DNA of 64,000 nt, from NCBI GenBank assembly GCA_017440465.1, contig JAFSHF010000023.1, positions 33,515 through 97,514 of the forward strand, in the 5' to 3' direction. Origin of the DNA: Clostridia bacterium (GTDB lineage: Bacteria; Bacillota; Clostridia; Oscillospirales; QAKW01). Shown here piece after piece: positions 1-9,557 of the stretch. The translations under genes were made by a program, and so were the position numbers. The notes below the pieces were generated by a model. That model was not told the DNA's origin. It worked only from the letters and a program-made list of their open reading frames with translations, and did no database searches. The first letter of the stretch is position 1; every line of letters begins with the position of its first letter.

Positions 1-10
1 TTTATAATTT

Positions 11-35
11 GTCTGCGAAGCAGACCCATTTTTTC
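11..35 (+). terminator. Intrinsic terminator of a + strand gene ending upstream of the window
   Basis: GTCTGC-GAA-GCAGAC hairpin (11-25) followed by a T-run at 29-34. Confidence 0.55.
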
Positions 36-262
36 TCTCTTATCCGAAAACGACAATTTTTTAGAGAAGAGTGAAAAGAACAAAAAGAGGGATTTTACCC
101 CTTTGCAACATCGAAAAATTCATCGTAAGCCGTCGTTTACTCGATATTTTTCGTGTTGCGGCAGCCGCTAACTGCCTCGCTTCATCTGCCAAAGGGCAGT
201 GCTTCGGCGTTGCGACCCTCGCGGAAAACTGCCGCGAGGAAAACCTAATTTCGCAGCCAAAC

Positions 263-292
263 AAAAACAGCACCCATTTGGGTGCTGTTTTT
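263..292. terminator. Bidirectional intrinsic terminator next to tRNA-Ser(GCU)
   Basis: AAAAACAGCACCC-ATTT-GGGTGCTGTTTTT: GC-rich stem flanked by an A-run and a T-run. Confidence 0.7.
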
Positions 293-295
293 ATT

Positions 296-387
296 TGGCG
301 GAGAAAGAGGGATTTGAACCCTCGCGGCAGTTAACCTACCCTACTCCCTTAGCAGGGGAGCCCCTTCGGCCTCTTGGGTATTTCTCC
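296..387 (-). tRNA. tRNA-Ser (anticodon GCU)
   Basis: Reverse complement GGAGAAATACCCAAGAGGCCGAAGGGGCTCCCCTGCTAAGGGAG...GGTTCAAATCCCTCTTTCTCCGCCA. It has a 7-bp acceptor stem, anticodon loop CT-GCT-AA, a long variable arm, a canonical T-loop and an encoded CCA. Confidence 0.9.
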
Positions 388-425
388 GTATCGTAAGCCA
401 AAGATATGATTCCGTTTGCCAATGT

Positions 426-454
426 ATTATATAATGTTTCGTTGAAAATGTCAA
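426..454 (-). promoter_or_regulatory. Sigma-A-type promoter for tRNA-Ser(GCU)
   Basis: On the - strand: TTGACA, 17 nt, TATAAT, about 40 nt upstream of the tRNA 5' end. Confidence 0.6.
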
Positions 455-481
455 GGTGAATTTAAAATCTTTCAATAAATT

Positions 482-512
482 AAAAAAGCAGAGCCAAGCG
501 GCTCTGCTTTTT
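482..512. terminator. Bidirectional terminator downstream of the 517..1185 gene
   Basis: AAAAAAGCAGAGCC-AAGC-GGCTCTGCTTTTT. Confidence 0.7.
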
Positions 513-516
513 ACTC

Positions 517-1185
517 TTATTGTATCGGAGCGGACATCGTGCTTTGCATTTGACCGAACAATTCGGAATACTCGCCTTTAGCAGCTTTTTCAAGCTCGTT
601 GACTAATTCGTTGTAGTCTTCTTCGGGAAGCACATTTTTAAGTTGCGGATAATCGCCTTCTTTTAAATCTTCCAGAGCATCGTAATAATTGCGGTCGGCA
701 ATGTCTTCGATCAGATCGTCGTATTTTCCGGTGGCAAGCTCATCCAGCAAGGGGGCATATTCTTCGCCCATCATTTCCAAAAGCTGGGGGCGCATATTAT
801 CGATGACCGCAGAATAGTTTCCCGAAGCAATGCCGCTGATGATGCCGAAGGCTTCGCCGAAATCCTGAAATTCGGTGCCCAGCGCATCGTTGATGGTGGG
901 GATCAACATTCCGCCGATGACGGTAACAGCAATGACGATGGAGATCAACGCGGCAATCGCGCGAACGATCAGCCAGGTCAGGGTAGCCCCCGCAAAGTTT
1001 TTAAGACTCTTGCGCTTGGGTGCAAAGAGAAAAACAATGGCGGCAATAAAGCCCACCACAGGGATAGCAAAAAGAACGATCAGCCCCAAAAACTCCCAAA
1101 ATCCGACCTTCTGCTCGATTTGCTCAGCTTTTTGAATCGGAGCGGTTTGCTCGGTAAGTACTTGATCCATCACTTGATTTTCCAT
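517..1185 (-). CDS. Hypothetical membrane protein with an acidic C-terminal half
   Basis: ORF 517..1248 trimmed to the ATG at 1185, which is preceded by AGGAGG. Two hydrophobic helices are followed by a D/E-rich tail. No family recognised. Confidence 0.6.
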   Translation of the reverse strand: MENQVMDQVLTEQTAPIQKAEQIEQKVGFWEFLGLIVLFAIPVVGFIAAIVFLFAPKRKSLKNFAGATLTWLIVRAIAALISIVIAVTVIGGMLIPTINDALGTEFQDFGEAFGIISGIASGNYSAVIDNMRPQLLEMMGEEYAPLLDELATGKYDDLIEDIADRNYYDALEDLKEGDYPQLKNVLPEEDYNELVNELEKAAKGEYSELFGQMQSTMSAPIQ

Positions 1186-1302
1186 AATGAACTCCTCCTT
1201 TATTTTATAATAACATATTCGTCTTATAAACACAATATTTAGTTGCAAAACAGCGGGATTTGGTGTATGATAGCAAAAGATTGTTTATAAAGGAGTTCGG
1301 TA

Positions 1303-2409
1303 ATGCCGGTTTTGCGCTTTATCAAAAAGAATATTGTTTTCTTCATTGCGGCAACGGCGGCGCTGGTTACCTGCTTTTTTGTCCCGCCCGATGCACGGTA
1401 TGGGGATTATTTCGATTGGAAGACGCTGGCCTGCCTTTTTATCACTCTGGCGGTGGTCTGCGCCCTGCGGAATATCAAGTTTTTCACCATCCTTGCCCGA
1501 AGATTGGTGGTTGCGGCAGGCAACCTGCGCAGTCTGTTTTTGCTGTTGCTCACCATCACCTTTATCGGCTCGATGCTGATCGCCAACGATATGGCACTGA
1601 TTACCTTTCTGCCGCTGGGCTATTTTGCGCTCAATGCCACCAAAAATCAAAAATATATGGCATATCTGTTTATTCTGCAGAATATTGCCGCCAATCTGGG
1701 CGGAATGTTGACCCCTTTCGGAAACCCGCAAAATCTGTATCTCTATTCCTATTTCCATATCCCCACCGGCGAATTTTGCTTGATAATGCTTCCGCCCTTT
1801 TTGTTGGCGATTGCGATGCTGGCGGTGGCTTGCCTGTTTGTGGAGCGGGAAAAATTGGTGATCGTCGACCATTTCTCCGAAAAACTTAAAGCGGGGAAAA
1901 CCGCCTTGTATCTTGCGCTGTTTGCTTTTTCGCTGTTGATCGTTTTTCGGGTGGTTCCCTTTTGGTGGGGATTAGTTTTAATCCCTGCGGTATTGTTGAT
2001 CATTGACCGCAAAGCGTTGCTAATGGTGGATTATTCGCTGTTGGGTACCTTCTTCTTTTTCTTTATCTTTGCGGGCAATTTGGCGCGGATCGATGGGGTA
2101 AATGAATTGATCTCTGCAGTGCTGCAAAAAGAACCGTTGCTGATCTCTGCTGCCTCCTGCCAGATCATCAGCAATGTTCCGTCGGCAATTTTGCTCTCCC
2201 GCTTCACCGCCGATTATCATTCCCTGTTGCTGGGGGTCAATATCGGAGGGGCAGGAACCTTGATCGCCTCCCTTGCCAGCCTCATTACCTTCAGCGAATA
2301 TCGGGTGCTCTATCCGGGGCACAGTAAAAGTTATTTTTGGAAATTCACCTATATCAATGCGATCTTTTTAGGTGTTCTGCTGATTGCGGCAAGATTCTTC
2401 TTTATATAA
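1303..2409 (+). CDS. ArsB/NhaD-superfamily (YbiR/citrate-transporter-like) anion permease
   Basis: 368-aa polytopic ORF with AAGGAG 7 nt upstream. The motifs LTPFGNPQNLYLYS and IISNVPSAILL are typical of this permease superfamily. Confidence 0.7.
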   Translation: MPVLRFIKKNIVFFIAATAALVTCFFVPPDARYGDYFDWKTLACLFITLAVVCALRNIKFFTILARRLVVAAGNLRSLFLLLLTITFIGSMLIANDMALITFLPLGYFALNATKNQKYMAYLFILQNIAANLGGMLTPFGNPQNLYLYSYFHIPTGEFCLIMLPPFLLAIAMLAVACLFVEREKLVIVDHFSEKLKAGKTALYLALFAFSLLIVFRVVPFWWGLVLIPAVLLIIDRKALLMVDYSLLGTFFFFFIFAGNLARIDGVNELISAVLQKEPLLISAASCQIISNVPSAILLSRFTADYHSLLLGVNIGGAGTLIASLASLITFSEYRVLYPGHSKSYFWKFTYINAIFLGVLLIAARFFFI

Positions 2410-2410
2410 T

Positions 2411-2438
2411 AAAAAGCGCCTCGGGCGCTTTTTATTTT
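2411..2438 (+). terminator. Intrinsic terminator
   Basis: AAAAAGCGCC-TCG-GGCGCTTTTT. Confidence 0.7.
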
Positions 2439-2502
2439 TATATTGAGTTTTTATAAAAAATTATATATAATAAAAGTATAAAGTCCAAAAGGAGGTCGCG
2501 TT

Positions 2503-4500
2503 ATGCCTGCTGAAAAGATTTGTAAAATGATCGAGATCGATCCCTATCTTACTCCCTATAAGGATGATATTTTGCTACGCGAGACCCTTTTTAAGCAAAA
2601 GAAAAAGGAGTTGGTCGGTGCCAAGGGCAATCTATTGCATTTTGCCAACGGGCATAAGTATTTTGGGTTCCACCGCACCGAGCGCGGCTGGGTCTATCGG
2701 GAATGGGCGCCCGCGGCCGAAGCAATGTATTTAACCGGCGATTTCAACGGCTGGTCGGCAGATTCCTGCCCGATGCAAAAGCTGGAAAACGGTGTTTTTG
2801 AAGTGCACTTGGATGGAAAAGACACCTTGCAGGCAGGGCAAAAGGTGCAAGCGATCGTGATTCATCAAGGGCAATGGCTGCGCCGCATCCCCCTTTATGC
2901 CACGCGGGTGGTGCAGGATCCGCAGACCAATCTTTGGTGTGCCGAATTGGAAGAACCCAACGCGGTGTTTCCTTGGACGGACCAAGGGTTTAAGCCTGCC
3001 AAAACCCCGCTGATCTATGAGTGCCATATCGGAATGGCGCAGGAAAAAGGAGCGGTGGGCAGTTATAAGGAATTTACCGAAAATGTCCTGCCGCGGATCC
3101 AAAAAGGCGGTTATAATACCATTCAGATCATGGCAATTATGGAGCATCCCTATTATGGCTCCTTTGGCTATCAGGTCTCGAATTTCTTTGCCGCATCCTC
3201 TCGCTACGGTAAGGCGGAAGATTTAAAAGAATTGATCGATCGTGCGCATCAGATGGGTATCGCCGTCCTATTGGATGTGGTCCATTCCCACGCGGTCAAG
3301 AATACCAACGAAGGCTTGAATGAATTTGACGGAACGGTCCATCAGTTCTTCCACGAAGGGCCCCGCGGCGATCACGGTGCCTGGGGCACCAAACTGTTTA
3401 ATTACGGTAAGAACGAAGTGTTGCATTTTCTGCTTTCCAACCTGAAATATTGGATGGAAACCTTCCATTTCGATGGCTTCCGTTTCGACGGGGTCACCTC
3501 GATGCTGTATCACGATCACGGTCTGGGCAGTGCTTTTACCGACTACAGTATGTATTTCTCAATGAATACCGATACCGAAGCGGTGACCTATCTGCAGTTG
3601 GCAAACGAACTGATCCATAAGATCAATCCCCGCGCCATCACCATTGCGGAGGATATGTCCGGAATGCCGGGGATGTGCCTGCCCATCAAGGATGGGGGAT
3701 TGGGCTTTGATTTTCGGCTTTCGATGGGCATCCCCGATCTTTGGATCAAGATGCTCAAGGAGGTTCCCGATGAGCATTGGGATATGGGCAAGCTTTGGTA
3801 TGAACTCAATTCCCGCCGCCCCCAAGAAAAGACGGTAGGGTATTGCGAATCCCACGATCAGGCGTTGGTGGGGGATAAGACCATTATGTTCCGCCTTTGC
3901 GATGCCGCGATGTATACCGATATGAATAAGGAGAGTGCCAGCCTGGTGATCGATCGCGGAATGGCGTTGCATAAAATGATCCGCCTGCTCACCGCATCGC
4001 TGGCAGGAGAAGGATATCTCAATTTTATGGGTAACGAATTCGGGCATCCCGAATGGATCGATTTTCCCCGCGAAGGCAATGGCTGGAGTTATCATTATTG
4101 CCGCCGTCAATGGTCCCTTGCCGATCATCCCGCGTTGCGATACGGTCAACTGCGCGATTTCGATGAAGCGATGATCGCATTGCTCAAAGAACATAAGGTC
4201 TTGACCCGTCCCGCCAAGTGCTTATGGGTGCATCAGGATGATAAAGTGTTAATTTACACCAAGGGTGATCTGATTTTTGCCTTCAATTTCCATCCCGAAA
4301 AATCCTTTGAGGGCTATCGCATCCCTGCCGAAAAGAAAGGGAATTATCAAGTGGTGCTGTCGTCGGATTCCGCAGTATACGGCGGCTTTTCGAGGATTGA
4401 CGAAAGCGTAAAGTATAAAACCTTTGCAGATAAAAACGGGCAAAACGGCTTTTTATGCTATCTGCCTAACCGCTCTGCCGTTGTTTTTAAAAAGAAGTAA
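2503..4500 (+). CDS. glgB: 1,4-alpha-glucan branching enzyme, eukaryote-like GH13_8 type
   Basis: 665 aa with GGAGG upstream. The N-terminus (IDPYLTPY...FGFHR...EWAP...LTGDFNGW) and the motifs GFRFDGVTSM, AEDMSG and ESHDQ resemble GBE1-type branching enzymes. Confidence 0.9.
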   Translation: MPAEKICKMIEIDPYLTPYKDDILLRETLFKQKKKELVGAKGNLLHFANGHKYFGFHRTERGWVYREWAPAAEAMYLTGDFNGWSADSCPMQKLENGVFEVHLDGKDTLQAGQKVQAIVIHQGQWLRRIPLYATRVVQDPQTNLWCAELEEPNAVFPWTDQGFKPAKTPLIYECHIGMAQEKGAVGSYKEFTENVLPRIQKGGYNTIQIMAIMEHPYYGSFGYQVSNFFAASSRYGKAEDLKELIDRAHQMGIAVLLDVVHSHAVKNTNEGLNEFDGTVHQFFHEGPRGDHGAWGTKLFNYGKNEVLHFLLSNLKYWMETFHFDGFRFDGVTSMLYHDHGLGSAFTDYSMYFSMNTDTEAVTYLQLANELIHKINPRAITIAEDMSGMPGMCLPIKDGGLGFDFRLSMGIPDLWIKMLKEVPDEHWDMGKLWYELNSRRPQEKTVGYCESHDQALVGDKTIMFRLCDAAMYTDMNKESASLVIDRGMALHKMIRLLTASLAGEGYLNFMGNEFGHPEWIDFPREGNGWSYHYCRRQWSLADHPALRYGQLRDFDEAMIALLKEHKVLTRPAKCLWVHQDDKVLIYTKGDLIFAFNFHPEKSFEGYRIPAEKKGNYQVVLSSDSAVYGGFSRIDESVKYKTFADKNGQNGFLCYLPNRSAVVFKKK

Positions 4501-4533
4501 TTTATAATTTCCGAAAGGACGTGTGTTTTTAGT

Positions 4534-6594
4534 ATGAATTCCAAGTATGATGCATTGTTTACTCCTTGGAAGATCGGCAATGTGGAGATCAAAAACCGCA
4601 TTGTGATGTGCCCGATGGGCGGCACCTCGCTGTTTGGCTGGTTTGAACTGACCGGTTGCGGTTTTGATAAAGAGGCAGCGAAGTTGTTTTTGGAGCGAGC
4701 AAATAATAACGTCGGTCTGATCATCCCCGGTATCGCACCGCTGCGGGATACCTTCTGGGGCAAATGGCTCTGGCAGAATCCCAAGATGTTTGAAGAATTG
4801 AAGGATTTTATGGAGGAGATCCATAAGACCGGTGCTAAGCTGTTTATTCAGTTGACCGCGGGTATGGGCCGCTCTTGGGCGATCACCGAGCTGGTGGCTC
4901 CCTTACATAAAAATAAATTCACCCGCGCGTTGGTGAAGCCCATTATCGATACTTCTCACGAGTTGGCTTCTCCATCTCCCCAAAAATCCCGCTGGGCGCA
5001 TGATATCGAATGCCCCGAAATGACGGTGGAGCAGATCCGCGAGATCATCGAAGCCTTTGCCAAGACCGCTAAACTCTGCAAGGATGCGGGCGTCGATGGG
5101 GTGGAGGTCCACGCAGTCCACGAAGGGTACCTGCTGGATCAGTTTGCCATCGAATTCTTTAATAAGCGTACTGATGAATACGGCGGCAGTTTTGAAAACC
5201 GCTATCGCTTTGCCGCCGAAGTGGTCAAGGCAATCAAGGAAGCCTGCGGCGAGGATTTTCCGGTATCTTTGCGCTATTCGGTGGAGTCCAAAATGAAGGG
5301 CTTCTGCGAAGGCGCGATGCCGGGCGAAGATTATGTGGAAGTCGGGCGGAATATGGAGGAATCCGAAAAGGCCGCCAAGTACCTGCAGGATGCAGGCTAC
5401 GATATGCTCAACGCCGATAACGGTACCTACGATTCCTGGTATTGGGCGCACCCCCCGATGTATATGCCCGAAAACTGCAATCTGGAGGATGTGGCGCATA
5501 TTAAGAAATTTGTCGATATCCCCGTCGTTTGCGCCGGAAGAATGGATATGGATGTGGGTGCTGCGGCGGTAGCGGAAGGGAAGATCGACGCGGTAGGCGT
5601 TGCCCGCCAATTTCTGACCGATCCCGCTTGGGTCACCAAGCTGATCGAGGATCGCTTGGAAGATATCAAGCCTTGTATCTGCTGTCATAGCGGCTGCTTC
5701 AATTTCTCTTCCTCCAAAGGCCACGCTAATACGCAGGATCTTACCGATACCATGGGTCTTGCCCGCTGTGCTCTGAATCCCGAAACGATGCAATCCAAAA
5801 AATATTACGTTGCTCCCGCCAAGAAGGCGAAAAAGATCGCTGTCGTCGGCGGCGGCATCGGCGGGATGGAGGCGGCGATCCTTTGCGCCAAGCGCGGCCA
5901 TCAGGTCTGCCTTTATGAAAAGAGTGACAAGCTCGGCGGTGTATTTATCGCCGCCGCGGCCCCTTCCTTTAAAGAAAAGGACCGTGCCCTGATCGCCTGG
6001 TATATCCGCGAACTTGCCAAATATCCCATAAAGGTGCATATGAACACCGAGATCAAGGATGTCAAATCTCTGGATGCCGATGAGATCATTGTCGCCACCG
6101 GTGCGGTTGCGAAAAAACTGCCGGTGAAAGGTGCCGAGACCGCGGTGGAAGCGGTGGATTATCTCTTGGATAATAAAAAGGTCGGCGAAAAGGTGGTCGT
6201 TATCGGCGGCGGCTTGACCGGTTGTGAAATTGCTTATGATCTCTATCTGCAGGGCAAAAAGCCCGCCGTTGTGGAGATGCAGGACGATCTGATCACCACC
6301 AAGGGCGTCTGCCTTGCCAATACCAGCTATCTGCGGGATTTCTTCAAAACGAATAAAGTTCCCGTTTATCTGGAGACCGCCCTTTCCGAAATCACCGAAA
6401 AAGGCGTTGTCTTGAAAGATAAAGAAGGGAAGACCTTTGAGGTGGAGGCTGATTCTGTGGTCCTCTCGGTCGGTTATAACCCTGTTCCTATCGCTAAAAA
6501 GAGCGGCCATATTCATATTATCGGCGATGCTTCCAAGGTCGGTAATCTCCGTACCGTCATCTGGCAGGCGTGGGATGTGGCAATGAAATTGTAA
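4534..6594 (+). CDS. 2-enoate reductase / 2,4-dienoyl-CoA reductase family flavoenzyme (OYE barrel + FAD/NAD(P) domains)
   Basis: 686 aa. N-terminal OYE-like TIM barrel (IVMCPMGG, HAVHEGYLLDQF), a Cys cluster CICCHSGC, then GGGIGG and GGGLTG dinucleotide-binding motifs. Confidence 0.8.
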   Translation: MNSKYDALFTPWKIGNVEIKNRIVMCPMGGTSLFGWFELTGCGFDKEAAKLFLERANNNVGLIIPGIAPLRDTFWGKWLWQNPKMFEELKDFMEEIHKTGAKLFIQLTAGMGRSWAITELVAPLHKNKFTRALVKPIIDTSHELASPSPQKSRWAHDIECPEMTVEQIREIIEAFAKTAKLCKDAGVDGVEVHAVHEGYLLDQFAIEFFNKRTDEYGGSFENRYRFAAEVVKAIKEACGEDFPVSLRYSVESKMKGFCEGAMPGEDYVEVGRNMEESEKAAKYLQDAGYDMLNADNGTYDSWYWAHPPMYMPENCNLEDVAHIKKFVDIPVVCAGRMDMDVGAAAVAEGKIDAVGVARQFLTDPAWVTKLIEDRLEDIKPCICCHSGCFNFSSSKGHANTQDLTDTMGLARCALNPETMQSKKYYVAPAKKAKKIAVVGGGIGGMEAAILCAKRGHQVCLYEKSDKLGGVFIAAAAPSFKEKDRALIAWYIRELAKYPIKVHMNTEIKDVKSLDADEIIVATGAVAKKLPVKGAETAVEAVDYLLDNKKVGEKVVVIGGGLTGCEIAYDLYLQGKKPAVVEMQDDLITTKGVCLANTSYLRDFFKTNKVPVYLETALSEITEKGVVLKDKEGKTFEVEADSVVLSVGYNPVPIAKKSGHIHIIGDASKVGNLRTVIWQAWDVAMKL

Positions 6595-6608
6595 TTTTAA
6601 GAGTCAAC

Positions 6609-6646
6609 CCCCCTTTGCGTTTTCGGCGCAAAGGGGGTTCTTATTT
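6609..6646 (+). terminator. Intrinsic terminator
   Basis: 11-bp stem CCCCCTTTGCG / CGCAAAGGGGG followed by TTCTTATTT. Confidence 0.7.
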
Positions 6647-6682
6647 ATAATAAGGAAAAAAGTATGCACCTCCATTGTTCAA

Positions 6683-6735
6683 ATATGCATATTATGCATA
6701 AAATTTTGCATAATTCGCGGTTTTGTGCATATATT
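6683..6735. promoter_or_regulatory. Candidate ArgR (ARG-box-like) operator cluster
   Basis: ATGCATATTATGCATAAAATTTTGCATAA and TGTGCATATATT: four TGCATA-type half-sites in AT-rich context about 100 nt upstream of the arg promoter. Assigned by analogy with TGAAT-N4-ATTCA ARG boxes. Confidence 0.4.
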
Positions 6736-6809
6736 ACACAAATACAGCGAAAAAAAGGCGATTTCCATTGTTAAATATATAAAAAGTATAAAAAAATAAC
6801 AAAAAAGTA

Positions 6810-6838
6810 TTGCATTTATCTATGGTGTGTGGTAAGAT
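6810..6838 (+). promoter_or_regulatory. Promoter of the arg operon
   Basis: TTGCAT, 17 nt, TAAGAT, with a TGg extended -10 element. Confidence 0.55.
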
Positions 6839-6881
6839 TTATTCATATTTTTTGAATTTTATTCAATCGGAGGACATTGCA

Positions 6882-8114
6882 ATGAATAAAGAGAACATTA
6901 AAAAGGTTGTTTTGGCTTATTCCGGAGGCTTGGATACCTCCATCATTATTCCTTGGCTGAAGGAAAATTATAATAACTGCGAAGTCATCGCGGTTTCCGG
7001 TAACGTGGGGCAGTCCGATGAGCTGGAAGGCTTGGAAGAGAAGGCACTCAAGACCGGCGCATCCAAACTCTATGTGGAGGATCTCAACGAAGAGTTTGTC
7101 AATGATTTCGTTTTCCCCGCAGTTAAAGCAGGTGCCGTTTATGAGAACTATCTGCTGGGTACTTCGCTGGCTCGTCCCTGCATCGCGAAGCGGTTGGCAG
7201 AGATCGCCATCGCCGAAGGTGCCGATGCTATCTGCCACGGTTGCACCGGTAAGGGCAACGATCAGGTCCGCTTTGAGTTGACCTTGAAGGCGTTTGCTCC
7301 CGACCTGCCCATCATCGCTCCTTGGCGGGAGTGGGATATCAAATCCCGCGAAGAGGAGATCGCTTATGCCGAAGCGCATAACATCCCCTTGAAGATCAAC
7401 CGTGAAACCAACTATTCCAAAGATAAGAATATGTGGCATCTCTCCCATGAGGGCTTGGATCTGGAAGATCCCGCCAATGAGCCTAAGTATAACGAACCCG
7501 GCTTTTTGGAGATGGGCGTTTCTCCCGAAATGGCTCCCGATGTTCCCACCTATGTCACCATCCATTTTGAAAAGGGTATCCCCACCGCCATCGACGGTGT
7601 GGAGATGAATGGGGTCGACCTGATCTGGAAACTCAACGAGCTGGGCGGCAAGAACGGTATCGGCTTGCTGGATATCGTGGAAAACCGCTTGGTCGGTATG
7701 AAGTGCCGCGGTGTTTATGAGACTCCGGGCGGTACCATCCTCTATAAAGCCCATGAGATTTTGGAAACCCTCTGCTTAGATCGCGCCACCTCCCATTATA
7801 AGGCACTGGTTGCTCAGAAATTTGCCGAGGTCATCTATGACGGTCAGTGGTTCTCTCCGCTCACCAAGGCGATTATGGCATTTGTGGATAGCACCCAAGA
7901 GACCGTCACCGGTGATGTCAAACTTAAGCTCTATAAGGGCAATATGATCTTGGCATCGGTCACTTCTCCCTATAGCTTATACGATCCCGAGATCGCCACC
8001 TTCGATGAAGACGAAGTATACGATCAAAAGGATTCCGCAGGATTTATCAATCTCTTTGGTTTGCCCATCAAGGTCAACGCCAAGATGCGGAAAAAGAATA
8101 ACCTTGATATCTAA
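6882..8114 (+). CDS. argG: Argininosuccinate synthase
   Basis: ORF trimmed to the ATG at 6882 behind [18 protein letters not shown]-pyrophosphatase motif. Confidence 0.95.
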   Translation: MNKENIKKVVLAYSGGLDTSIIIPWLKENYNNCEVIAVSGNVGQSDELEGLEEKALKTGASKLYVEDLNEEFVNDFVFPAVKAGAVYENYLLGTSLARPCIAKRLAEIAIAEGADAICHGCTGKGNDQVRFELTLKAFAPDLPIIAPWREWDIKSREEEIAYAEAHNIPLKINRETNYSKDKNMWHLSHEGLDLEDPANEPKYNEPGFLEMGVSPEMAPDVPTYVTIHFEKGIPTAIDGVEMNGVDLIWKLNELGGKNGIGLLDIVENRLVGMKCRGVYETPGGTILYKAHEILETLCLDRATSHYKALVAQKFAEVIYDGQWFSPLTKAIMAFVDSTQETVTGDVKLKLYKGNMILASVTSPYSLYDPEIATFDEDEVYDQKDSAGFINLFGLPIKVNAKMRKKNNLDI

Positions 8115-8183
8115 ATTATAAATGGTGTGGGCTGTTGCGAAAATCGCAACAGCCCAAAGCCAAATTGAAAGGAACTTTTTCTT

Positions 8184-9557
8184 ATGGAAAAAATGTGGGC
8201 AGGGCGCTTCCAAAAAGAGTTGGATCGGGAAGCGGACGATTTTAATTCCTCCATCCATGTTGATCAGCGGATGTTCCGCCAGGATATTCGCGGCTCGGTG
8301 GCCCATGCGGCGATGCTGGCAAAGCAGGGCATCTTAACCGAGCAGGAAGGGCAAGAGATCATCGAAGCCTTGGGCGGAATTTTGCAGGATATTGAAGACG
8401 GTGCATTGGCGATCGATCCTGAAGCCGAGGATATTCATATGTTTATCGAATCGGTGCTGACCAAGCGGATCGGCGATCTGGGCAAAAAACTGCATACCGC
8501 CCGTAGCCGCAACGATCAGGTGGCGGTGGATATCCGCCTGTATCTGCGGGACGAAACCGCAGAGATCCTTGGTCTGATCAAAGAATTGATCGGCGCGGTG
8601 GCGGCGCAGGCGAAAACCAATGCCAATATCATTATGCCGGGCTATACCCATCTGCAACGCGCCCAACCCATCACCTTCGGGCATCATCTGCTGGCCTATT
8701 GTATGATGCTGATCCGCGATTGCGGTCGGCTGGAGGATGCGATGAAGCGGATGAACCAAAACCCCTTGGGTGCTTGTGCGCTGGCGGGAACTACTTATAA
8801 TACCGACCGCGCCGAGACTGCCAAACTGCTGGGCTTTGACGGCTATACCCTCAATAGTATCGACAGCGTTTCCGATCGGGATTTCTGCTTGGAACTGTTG
8901 AGTGCTTTTTCGGTGCTGATGATGCATCTTTCCCGCTTCTCCGAGGAGATCATTTTGTGGTCTTCCTGGGAATTTAAGTTTGTGGAGCTGGACGATAGCT
9001 ATACCACCGGCTCCAGCATTATGCCCCAAAAGAAGAACCCCGATATGGCGGAATTGGTCCGCGGCAAGACCGGTCGTGTCTACGGCGACTTGATGGCTCT
9101 GCTGACCACCCTGAAGGGCTTGCCTTTGGCTTATAATAAGGATATGCAGGAAGATAAGGAAGCCATCTTCGATAGCATCGATACGGTAAAAAAATGCCTG
9201 CGGGTCTTCACTCCGATGATCGCAACGATGAAGGCGATCCCCGAAAATATGTATGCCGCGGCAGGGAAGGGCTTTATCAACGCCACCGACCTTGCCGACT
9301 ATCTGGTGAAAAAGGGTCTGCCCTTCCGCACCGCCTATAAGATCGTCGGGCAGACGGTTGCCCGCGCCATCGAGGAACATAAAGTGCTGGACGCACTTTC
9401 CTTAGAAACCTTAAAAGAATTTTCCCCGCTCTTTGAGGCGGATGTGTATGAGGAGATCTCGCTGCAGACCTGCGTTTCCAAGCGCATCTCTGCCGGCGGC
9501 ACCGGCGCGGATTCGGTGGCTGCCCAAATTGAGTTTGTTGAGGACTATCTGAAATGA
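8184..9557 (+). CDS. argH: Argininosuccinate lyase
   Basis: 457 aa with the fumarate-lyase signature GSSIMPQKKNPD. Confidence 0.95.
   Translation: MEKMWAGRFQKELDREADDFNSSIHVDQRMFRQDIRGSVAHAAMLAKQGILTEQEGQEIIEALGGILQDIEDGALAIDPEAEDIHMFIESVLTKRIGDLGKKLHTARSRNDQVAVDIRLYLRDETAEILGLIKELIGAVAAQAKTNANIIMPGYTHLQRAQPITFGHHLLAYCMMLIRDCGRLEDAMKRMNQNPLGACALAGTTYNTDRAETAKLLGFDGYTLNSIDSVSDRDFCLELLSAFSVLMMHLSRFSEEIILWSSWEFKFVELDDSYTTGSSIMPQKKNPDMAELVRGKTGRVYGDLMALLTTLKGLPLAYNKDMQEDKEAIFDSIDTVKKCLRVFTPMIATMKAIPENMYAAAGKGFINATDLADYLVKKGLPFRTAYKIVGQTVARAIEEHKVLDALSLETLKEFSPLFEADVYEEISLQTCVSKRISAGGTGADSVAAQIEFVEDYLK

Noticed and set aside
61-396. Track ORFs 61..273 (-), 71..334 (+) and 199..396 (+)
   Set aside because: They overlap tRNA-Ser(GCU) and its terminator and have no RBS. 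The region is better explained as RNA or structure.
4903-6516. 537-aa ORF on the - strand
   Set aside because: It lies entirely antisense to the well-supported enoate-reductase gene. It has no RBS, a low-complexity G/R/D/F-rich translation and no recognisable family. It is a shadow ORF typical of GC3-biased genes.
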